A model generated the notes under the pieces. The model made no database searches and was not told the origin of the DNA. It saw nothing but the letters and a program-made list of their open reading frames with translations. This document shows, piece by piece, positions 13,996 through 20,413 of a stretch of 20,413 nt of DNA. This DNA comes from Candidatus Woesearchaeota archaeon (GTDB taxonomy: Archaea; Nanobdellota; Nanobdellia; Pacearchaeales; GW2011-AR1). The stretch covers positions 229,936 to 250,348 of the forward strand of contig CAZUTV010000001.1 in the NCBI GenBank assembly GCA_964623495.1, in the 5' to 3' direction. The translations under genes were made by a program, and so were the position numbers. The number at the start of each line of letters is the position of its first letter. The first letter of the stretch is position 1.

Positions 13996-15912
13996 ATGCC
14001 AAGCTACGTCACAAAAAAAGGCAAGGCATACTGGCCAAGCAAAGAAATGAAACAGATTGCTTGGGTCACAAATCCCGGAATTTACTCTCAAGCAGACAAA
14101 AACCCAATAAAGTTCTGGGAAAATTTAGCAAAGGAAGGAATTCAATGGGAAAAGCCTTGGAAGAAAACCTACGAAGAAAAACTTCCTTACTTCAAATGGT
14201 TTAAACAAGGAAAATTAAACTTCTGCGTAAATGCCTTAGATAGGCATTTAACAAATAAAAACAAAACAGCCCTGATCTGGGTTCCTGAACCTTTAAATGA
14301 AAAAACAATAAAGCTAAGCTACGGAGAATTATTCGAGAAAGTAAATAAGTGCGCAAACATGCTAAAAAAGCTAGGGGTTAAAAAAGGAGATACTGTTGCA
14401 ATATATCTGCCTTTAATTCCTGAACTCGTAATTTCAATGCTGGCATGCACAAGAATAGGCGCTATGCATACCATTGTTTTTTCAGCATTTGCCCCAAACG
14501 CATTGCAGGCAAGAATTATAGATGGAAACTCAAAAGTGTTAATCACAAGTGATGGTTATTACAGAAGAGGTAATAAAATTAATTTACTTGAAAATGCAAA
14601 AAAATCCCTAAAGGGAACAAAAGTAAACAAGATCCTTGTTGTTGAAAGGCTTGAAAAAAAACAATATAAAAAACCATACTACTCTTTTCATGAAGAGCTG
14701 GAAAAAATGAGTGATTTCTGCAAGCCAGAAATAATGAATTCTGAAGATATTTTATTTATTCTTTATACAAGCGGAACAACAGGCAAGCCAAAAGGAATAG
14801 TTCATGATACAGGAGGATATGCGGTTCAATCTTATTATACAGCTAAATGGAATTTTAATTTGCATGAAGATGACGTCATGTGGTGCACTGCAGATATTGG
14901 TTGGATTACCGGACATACTTATGCAGTCTACGGTCCTTTGCTTAATGGAGCAACAACCCTAATTTACGAAGGAACCCCAGATGTTCCGGATTATGATAGA
15001 TGGTTTAAGATAATTGAAGAAAATAAAGTAAGTGTTTTTTACACAGCTCCAACAGCACTAAGAATGCTAAAAAAATACGCAGATATTTTTACAGACAAAC
15101 ACAAATTTTCAAATTTAAAGATTCTTGGAACAGTAGGAGAGCCAATAGACGAAGAAACATGGAACTGGTATTTTAAGAAAATAGGCAAAACTCGCTGTCC
15201 AATAATAGACACCTGGTGGCAGACAGAAACAGGGGGAACATTAGTTAATGTTCTTCCAGGAATAGGTCCCTTTATTCCAACAATTGCAGGAAAAAGTTTT
15301 CCAGGAACAAGGCATGATATTGTGGATGATAAATGCAAAAAAACCAGTAAAGGAAACTTGATACAGCTTCCCCCATTCGCTCCAGGAATGCTTCATGGGG
15401 TTTTGAATAATCATAAGAAGTACGTAGATACCTACTGGACAAGATTCAAAAACAAGTATGATACAAGCGACGGGGCAATAAGAGTTAATAGCTTATTTAG
15501 AATCACAGGAAGAACCGATGATGTAATGAAAGTTGCAGGCCACAGAATCTCAACAGCTGAAATAGAAAACGCAATAGATCAGCACAAGCAAATTAATGAA
15601 TCGGCAGTAGTTCCTATTCCAGACCAAATGAGAGGAGAAGTTCCTGTTGCCTTTGTTGTTCTTAAGTCAGGCAAGCCATCAGAAGATCTAGAATCTATAA
15701 TCAAAAAACATGTTGATAACACAGTTGGCCCAATTGCAAGGCCAGCCAAAATTTACTTTGTAAGTGACTTGCCAAAAACAAGATCTGGAAAAATTATGAG
15801 GCGTATATTAAAAAACATCTTAAAAGGTGAGGAGCCAGAAGGACTTATGACTCTCATCAATCCAGACTGTGTTGAAAGTATTAAGAAAGTTGTGAATTCT
15901 AGCAAAAAATAG
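13996..15912 (+). CDS. acs: acetyl-CoA synthetase (AMP-forming)
   Basis: YTSGTTGKPKG, WWQTETGG, GEPI, the DD.MKVAGHRI hinge and a C-terminal PKTRSGKIMRR motif. ATG 13996 lies 1 nt after the CYTH stop. The ORF track uses an upstream in-frame GTG at 13987. Confidence 0.95.
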   Translation: MPSYVTKKGKAYWPSKEMKQIAWVTNPGIYSQADKNPIKFWENLAKEGIQWEKPWKKTYEEKLPYFKWFKQGKLNFCVNALDRHLTNKNKTALIWVPEPLNEKTIKLSYGELFEKVNKCANMLKKLGVKKGDTVAIYLPLIPELVISMLACTRIGAMHTIVFSAFAPNALQARIIDGNSKVLITSDGYYRRGNKINLLENAKKSLKGTKVNKILVVERLEKKQYKKPYYSFHEELEKMSDFCKPEIMNSEDILFILYTSGTTGKPKGIVHDTGGYAVQSYYTAKWNFNLHEDDVMWCTADIGWITGHTYAVYGPLLNGATTLIYEGTPDVPDYDRWFKIIEENKVSVFYTAPTALRMLKKYADIFTDKHKFSNLKILGTVGEPIDEETWNWYFKKIGKTRCPIIDTWWQTETGGTLVNVLPGIGPFIPTIAGKSFPGTRHDIVDDKCKKTSKGNLIQLPPFAPGMLHGVLNNHKKYVDTYWTRFKNKYDTSDGAIRVNSLFRITGRTDDVMKVAGHRISTAEIENAIDQHKQINESAVVPIPDQMRGEVPVAFVVLKSGKPSEDLESIIKKHVDNTVGPIARPAKIYFVSDLPKTRSGKIMRRILKNILKGEEPEGLMTLINPDCVESIKKVVNSSKK

Positions 15913-15923
15913 CTATCAAAATC

Positions 15924-15931
15924 TTTAAAAA
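15924..15931 (+). promoter_or_regulatory. TATA-like TTTAAAAA, ends 22 nt before ATG 15953 (L41e)
   Basis: Conserved spacing. Supports the L41e call. Confidence 0.45.
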
Positions 15932-15952
15932 GCAATTTTCTCTTAACAATTC

Positions 15953-16069
15953 ATGAAAAGATCTAGCCGTAGATGGAAAAAGAAAAGGCAAATGCGTTGG
16001 AAATGGCAGCGTAAAAAGCTTAGAAAAGAAAAGCATAGAAGAAAGCAAATGCGTGCTAGAGCTAAGTAA
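15953..16069 (+). CDS. rpl41e: 50S ribosomal protein L41e (38 aa), not in the ORF track
   Basis: Hand translation gives MKRSSRRWKKKRQMRWKWQRKKLRKEKHRRKQMRARAK*. The extremely basic R.WKKK..MRWKW..K..R pattern is characteristic of archaeal L41e. CTTTAAAAA ends 22 nt before the ATG. Confidence 0.75.
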   Translation: MKRSSRRWKKKRQMRWKWQRKKLRKEKHRRKQMRARAK

Positions 16070-16138
16070 TAATTCTAAATTAAGCAAGTCTTTTATAAAT
16101 AAAAGTCTAGAGCTAAATAAAGAGTAAACAATTCTAAA

Positions 16139-16456
16139 TTAATGTTCTGTCAAGCGACCTATTGTTACTGTACCTTTTAAAGTTCTGCCTCTATGAAATC
16201 CGTCTTCCATAGTCATGGCTTTTGCACGCTCTTCTCCAATAAGAAGAATCCTTTCTAAAAGAACCCTTGATCTTGAATCAATTCCTTTAACTCCTAACTT
16301 AACCAAAGTATCCTGTCCTGCATAAAATCCAGGTATGTCTTTTCTTGCTTCAGCAATTATCCTGGCAATTGCCTCATATCCTCCAAATCTAGATCCAAAA
16401 TTAGCAGCAACTCTCGAATAGGCTTCTGAAAGTGTTTGATTTGTATATTTTGTCAT
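16139..16456 (-). CDS. hypothetical small helical protein B (paralog of 16472..16813)
   Basis: 105-aa ORF starting 15 nt after the upstream stop. Arg exceeds Lys (11 R, 6 K by count), unlike most proteins here. Shares the L.E.Y...SR...DI...KG(L/I)D..R....I..IL..G pattern with the upstream ORF. Confidence 0.6.
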   Translation of the reverse strand: MTKYTNQTLSEAYSRVAANFGSRFGGYEAIARIIAEARKDIPGFYAGQDTLVKLGVKGIDSRSRVLLERILLIGEERAKAMTMEDGFHRGRTLKGTVTIGRLTEH

Positions 16457-16471
16457 TTTAAACTAGAAAAA

Positions 16472-16813
16472 TCAAGCAGCAGTTGCATAAAGACTTTCAA
16501 TTCTCTCTTCTCTACCGGGCTCTAAAACCTCTTCAAGCATCCTATCTAAACTTGCAATGGTGGTTCCCCTAACTTGCTCCTGAGATTTATCTGCTCCTTG
16601 AGTTAAAATCAATTTTATAATGCCAAGAGCTCTTCTATCAACAGGAAGATCAAGCCCTTTAAAGCTCCCATGCTTTTGTAAATAAGCAGCAATATCCTCA
16701 TCAGTAGCTTCTATCTCTTCCATATACCTCTGTGCCTCTGGCCTCGAAAAAGCCTGACTTAATGAAAAGGTATAATAATAACTCTCAGCAAGATCTACAT
16801 TACCGACAACCAT
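16472..16813 (-). CDS. hypothetical small helical protein A
   Basis: I prefer ATG 16813 (MVVGNVDLAES..., 113 aa) to the track's GTG at 16834, because on the minus strand CTTAAAAA (16835-16842) ends exactly 22 nt before it. Acidic, Lys-poor, more G+C-rich than its neighbours. Confidence 0.6.
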   Translation of the reverse strand: MVVGNVDLAESYYYTFSLSQAFSRPEAQRYMEEIEATDEDIAAYLQKHGSFKGLDLPVDRRALGIIKLILTQGADKSQEQVRGTTIASLDRMLEEVLEPGREERIESLYATAA

Positions 16814-16834
16814 TAACAGATAATTCTGACACAC

Positions 16835-16842
16835 TTTTTAAG
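16835..16842 (-). promoter_or_regulatory. TATA-like CTTAAAAA (minus strand), ends 22 nt before ATG 16813
   Basis: Conserved spacing. Basis for preferring ATG 16813 over GTG 16834. Confidence 0.45.
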
Positions 16843-16880
16843 CATTTATATATAAAAACATTCATAATGCCACAACAATC

Positions 16881-16888
16881 TTTATAAG
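16881..16888 (+). promoter_or_regulatory. TATA-like TTTATAAG, ends 41 nt before ATG 16929 (leadered class with SD GGAGG at 16918-16922)
   Basis: Same 41-nt spacing and 6-nt SD spacer as at 13344-13351/13392. Confidence 0.45.
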
Positions 16889-16928
16889 CCATTTATCATA
16901 TCATAGATTTAGGCAAAGGAGGAAATAC

Positions 16929-17888
16929 ATGGTTAGCGAAATCTGGACAGAGAAGTACAGACCCAGTAAATTTTCAGAGCTTGTAGGTCAAGAGGACATA
17001 GTCAAAAGAATCGAGTCTTTGACAAATTCATTAAATATACCTCATTTATTGTTCGCAGGACCAGCAGGAACAGGCAAATCAACTCTTGCACTAATTATTG
17101 TAAGAGCTCTCTACGGAGATAATTGGAAGGAAAACTACCTTGAACTTAATGCAAGTGATGAAAGGGGTATAAATGTAGTTAGAGAAAAAGTAAAGACTTT
17201 TGCAAGAACAAAATCTCTTGGAAATGTCCCTTTTAAGGTAATCTTTTTAGATGAAGCAGATGCCTTAACTCCAGAAGCTCAGCAAGCCCTAAGACGTACA
17301 ATGGAAAACTACTCTACCACTTGTAGGTTCATACTTTCCTGCAACTACTCCAGCAAAATTATTGATCCAATCCAATCCAGATGTGCAATCTTCCGTTTCA
17401 AACTTCTAGAAAAGAGGGACATAGACAAAGTAATAGAAAAAATAACAGTAGGGGAAAACCTTACAATACAACAAGCTGCAAAAGAGATTATCTATGAAGG
17501 AAGCGAGGGAGACTGCAGAAAATCAATTAACATCCTTCAGTCTACGGCCTCAATATCGCCAAATATAACGACAGATTTAGTATCAACAATAATCTCAAAT
17601 GCAAAGCCAAAAGACATTAGGGTTGTCTTAGATTATGCTTTATCTGGAGATTTCCAGAAATCAAGAGAAAAACTACTAGACGTCATGTTAAAAGAAAGTA
17701 TTTCTGGCCAAGACGTAATAAAAGCAATTCAAAAAGAAGTCTGGAATCTTCCAATAGAACCAGAAATAAAAGTAAAACTAACAGAAAAAACTGGAGAAGT
17801 AGAATTCAGAATAGTTGAGGGAAGTGACCCATTTATACAACTACAGTCCCTATTAGCAAGTTTTGTGCTTGCTGGTTTGGCCAAGTAA
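16929..17888 (+). CDS. rfcS: replication factor C small subunit
   Basis: WTEKYRP..F.E.VGQE, Walker A GPAGTGKST, DEAD (Walker B), SRC motif (QSRCAIFRF), 319 aa. GGAGG lies 6 nt before the ATG. Confidence 0.95.
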   Translation: MVSEIWTEKYRPSKFSELVGQEDIVKRIESLTNSLNIPHLLFAGPAGTGKSTLALIIVRALYGDNWKENYLELNASDERGINVVREKVKTFARTKSLGNVPFKVIFLDEADALTPEAQQALRRTMENYSTTCRFILSCNYSSKIIDPIQSRCAIFRFKLLEKRDIDKVIEKITVGENLTIQQAAKEIIYEGSEGDCRKSINILQSTASISPNITTDLVSTIISNAKPKDIRVVLDYALSGDFQKSREKLLDVMLKESISGQDVIKAIQKEVWNLPIEPEIKVKLTEKTGEVEFRIVEGSDPFIQLQSLLASFVLAGLAK

Positions 17889-17897
17889 ATTACCAAA

Positions 17898-18092
17898 ATG
17901 AGCTTGGATGGTTTTGAAGAAAGCAAGATAAAAACACATTTATACAACGAATTTTATGAGGCCAATAAAGACTTATTTAGAAAAAATCGCCAAGAGTTCA
18001 TGCGCCAGCAAAGAGTTTATGTTGAAAAAGGATTCATGGATATTAAATATAATTTAAAAAAAGATGGAGAGCAACATAGAAGTAGAGATTAG
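17898..18092 (+). CDS. hypothetical 64-aa protein between rfcS and CYTH paralog 2
   Basis: ORF starts 9 nt after the rfcS stop and overlaps the next ORF by 29 nt. Charged, helical-looking. No family recognised; it could be non-coding. Confidence 0.35.
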   Translation: MSLDGFEESKIKTHLYNEFYEANKDLFRKNRQEFMRQQRVYVEKGFMDIKYNLKKDGEQHRSRD

Positions 18093-18624
18093 GAGTTTCA
18101 TAACAGAAGACCAGTATAAGACCCTAGTAAAATTCTTTGAGGAAAACTCAATAAAAGTAAAAGATGATTTTCAAGAAACACACTACTTTAACTGCAAAGA
18201 AGACTTAAGAATTCAGAAAAATAGTTCTGGTGCAAAAGTTTGGATGAAAAAAGGAAAAATCCACGACGATTGGAGGGAAGAAATAGAGATAAAAATCCCA
18301 AGAGACGATTTTGAAAAGATGAAATCAATATTCAATGGGTTGGGCATGGAAACAGAGATAAAATGGCTCAGAGATAGAAAACAATTTGACTGGAACGGAA
18401 TTAAAGTTTGTTTAGATTTCACGCAAGGCTATGGGCATATAATAGAACTTGAAAAAATAACTTCTCCTGAAGAAAAAGAAAGGGTACTAACAGAACTGCA
18501 AGAAAAATTACAGGAGTTAGACATAAAACTAAGCCCAAAAGAAGAATTCGATAAAAAATTTAGCCATTATAAAGAAAACTGGAGAGAATTAACAGAAGAT
18601 GATAAAAGATCAAAATTGGGTTGA
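18064..18624 (+). CDS. CYTH-domain protein, paralog 2
   Basis: N-terminal IEVEIRSF (ExExK/R), LRIQK, KVWMKKGK, WREEIEIKI, and a C-terminal KVCLDFTQGYGHIIELE motif. Overlaps the rfcL start by 26 nt. Confidence 0.7.
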   Translation: MESNIEVEIRSFITEDQYKTLVKFFEENSIKVKDDFQETHYFNCKEDLRIQKNSSGAKVWMKKGKIHDDWREEIEIKIPRDDFEKMKSIFNGLGMETEIKWLRDRKQFDWNGIKVCLDFTQGYGHIIELEKITSPEEKERVLTELQEKLQELDIKLSPKEEFDKKFSHYKENWRELTEDDKRSKLG

Positions 18625-19831
18625 AAAATACAGGCCAAATTACTTCGCTGAAATCAAAAGTCAAGAGCTTGCAGTAAGAAAAGTAAAGGATTTTATCGAG
18701 AGTTTTTTCAATAAAGGGCAGGTGGAATCAAAATATATGGCCCCTTTACTAAAGAAAGACTCACCAAAACGAGCGCTTATTCTTCACGGGCCTCCTGGAA
18801 CAGGAAAAACAGCACTTGCCCATGTTGCCGCAAAAGAAACAAGCTCAGAGATATTTGAATTAAATGCCTCTGATTTAAGGGACAAGGAAAAACTAAAAGA
18901 AATATTAAAACCAGCAATAGAACAAAGATCATTAATGAGTGAAAATAAAATAATCCTTATAGATGAAGTTGATGGAATTTCAAAAAATGATTTTGGCGGA
19001 TTAAAGGAACTTCTTGTTCTCATTGAATCCTCTGCAGTTCCTATAATTATGACAGCAAACGATATCTGGGATAGAAAATTTGCAGAATTACGGCAGAAAT
19101 GTGAAGTCATTAAACTAAAAGAAATAGACTACAAAACAATAAAAGAAATCTTAATAACCATACTAAAAAAAGAAAAGCTATTCATCAATGAAGAGATACT
19201 AACTAAAATAGCAATAAAAGCCAAAGGAGATGTAAGAGCAGCAATAAATGACCTTCAAGCAATATCAAAGCTAAAAGACCCTTCTTCAATATTGTTCGAC
19301 GAAAGAAACAAGGAAGTTGATATTTTTAATGCACTAAGACTTATTTTCAAAGGAAAGCCGACAAAAGAAGTTATCGAAGTATTTGAATCAATAAACATGT
19401 CTCTTGATGAAATAATGCTGTGGATTGAAGAAAATATTCCTGCAGAATACCAGGGAGAAGAGCTGGCCAAAGCAATACACTCATTAAGCAACGCTGATTT
19501 ATTCAAAGGAAGAATATACAAACAGCAGTACTGGAGATTTCTAGTTTACGAGAATATCTTCCTAAGCTACGGCATTTCTGCTTCAAAAAAAGACATTAAA
19601 ACAGGATTCACATCTTATAAGAAGCCAGAAAGAATCCTCAAAATCTGGCTTCACAACCAAAAAATAGAAAAAAAGAAATCTATCGCCCAAAAATATGCTC
19701 GTCTGGTTCATGTTGGTGAAAAACGTGCTTTGCGGGAATTTCCTTTGTTAAAAGAAATAATCAAAAGCAATCCAAAAATCCAAAAAGAGCTAAAACTCAA
19801 TGAAGACGAAATTACATATTTGGAGAAGTAA
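18599..19831 (+). CDS. rfcL: replication factor C large subunit (short, 410 aa)
   Basis: WVEKYRP..F.EI..QE, Walker A LHGPPGTGKT, Walker B ILIDEVDG, GD(V/I)R(A)AINDLQ sensor region. Confidence 0.85.
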   Translation: MIKDQNWVEKYRPNYFAEIKSQELAVRKVKDFIESFFNKGQVESKYMAPLLKKDSPKRALILHGPPGTGKTALAHVAAKETSSEIFELNASDLRDKEKLKEILKPAIEQRSLMSENKIILIDEVDGISKNDFGGLKELLVLIESSAVPIIMTANDIWDRKFAELRQKCEVIKLKEIDYKTIKEILITILKKEKLFINEEILTKIAIKAKGDVRAAINDLQAISKLKDPSSILFDERNKEVDIFNALRLIFKGKPTKEVIEVFESINMSLDEIMLWIEENIPAEYQGEELAKAIHSLSNADLFKGRIYKQQYWRFLVYENIFLSYGISASKKDIKTGFTSYKKPERILKIWLHNQKIEKKKSIAQKYARLVHVGEKRALREFPLLKEIIKSNPKIQKELKLNEDEITYLEK

Positions 19832-20347
19832 ATGGGGCATTTAAATGTTGAAATAAAAGCAAGATGTCAAAACCAAAATTCTATTCGAGAAATTCTAAAA
19901 TCAAAACAGGCAGATTTTAAAGGAATTGACCACCAAATTGACACCTATTTTAAAGTTAGTAAAGGAAGATTAAAATTAAGAGAAGGAAATATTGAAAATT
20001 CACTAATATTTTATGAAAGAGAAAATAAAGAAGGACCAAAACAATCTAATGTTATTTTATTCAAAACAGCTAAAGATTCGTCTCTAAAAGAAATTCTAAC
20101 AAAACTATTTGAAATACTAATAATTGTTGATAAAAAAAGGGAAATTTACTTCATTAGCAATGTAAAATTTCATATAGATGAAGTAAAAGGATTAGGAGAT
20201 TTTATAGAGATTGAAGCTATTGATGAACATGGGAATATTGGAAAAGAAAAATTACAAGAGCAATGTCAAGAGTATATTAGATTATTCCAAATAAATAATG
20301 AAGATTTAATCTCTCAATCTTATAGTGACTTGTTGTTAAAGAACTGA
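19832..20347 (+). CDS. CYTH-domain protein, class IV adenylyl cyclase (CyaB)-like, paralog 3
   Basis: Its ATG immediately follows the rfcL TAA. Contains NVEIKAR (ExExK), QIDTYF, GRLKLRE, KKREIY and FHIDEVKGLGDFIEIEA, close to the canonical CyaB/CYTH motif set. Confidence 0.8.
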   Translation: MGHLNVEIKARCQNQNSIREILKSKQADFKGIDHQIDTYFKVSKGRLKLREGNIENSLIFYERENKEGPKQSNVILFKTAKDSSLKEILTKLFEILIIVDKKREIYFISNVKFHIDEVKGLGDFIEIEAIDEHGNIGKEKLQEQCQEYIRLFQINNEDLISQSYSDLLLKN

Positions 20348-20413
20348 TTAATCCTGATCTTATATTCTAAAGAACAATTAACACTGAGCAGCTGTATTTG
20401 AATTTGCTGCAGC

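Noticed and set aside
16814-16834. GTG start at 16834 used by the ORF track (MCQNYLL...).
   Set aside because: The downstream ATG at 16813 is positioned exactly 22 nt from a consensus TATA-like box. The GTG would lie at the box itself. The N-terminal extension was therefore dropped, though the choice remains uncertain.
1-20413. Search for CRISPR arrays, IS elements or transposases, integrases next to the three tRNA genes, toxin-antitoxin pairs, and restriction or other defence genes.
   Set aside because: There are no regularly spaced repeats, no terminal inverted repeats, no recombinase-like ORF and no tRNA 3'-end duplications (att-like). The window looks like core chromosome with small accessory inserts.
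20378-20413. Possible 3' end of a minus-strand gene entering from the right edge (...AAANSNTAAQC*), plus the palindrome GCTGCAGC at the window end.
   Set aside because: Only 11 codons are visible, which is too little sequence to support a call.

Overview
AT-rich, gene-dense archaeal chromosome segment. Archaeal markers: archaeal/eukaryal-type PheRS alpha and beta, RFC small and large subunits, ribosomal protein L41e, RNase P protein Rpp30, archaeal-type UMP kinase, and a tRNA-Gln with an A1:U72 pair. Short genes, overlapping or abutting ORFs and many small membrane proteins suggest a reduced-genome, DPANN-like archaeon (inference). I call 32 CDS, four of them changing the supplied ORF track: three mini-genes below its length cutoff (L41e and two zinc-ribbon proteins) and one ORF extended to the window edge (ppsA fragment). 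I also call three tRNAs and a set of TATA-like promoters. No CRISPR array, IS element, integrase or recognisable defence gene is visible. Most interesting observations: (1) a tRNA-Glu(CUC) split at the canonical 37/38 position by a 175-nt, ORF-less intron with many hairpins, a hand-foldable bulge-helix-bulge-like splice motif, and an unusually long G+C-rich leader; (2) three divergent CYTH (triphosphate tunnel metalloenzyme/CyaB-like) paralogs within 7 kb, two of them interleaved by overlap or abutment with the RFC clamp-loader genes; (3) a stand-alone GspE/FlaI/VirB11-type N-terminal domain protein lacking the ATPase domain, coupled to a coiled-coil, Pro/Gln-rich partner; (4) a compositionally atypical tandem pair of paralogous small helical proteins of unknown function; (5) tandem membrane-anchored mini-proteins sharing a C-terminal W..N..T..DWG signature. 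All calls come from reading the sequence and remembered family motifs. No searches were run.
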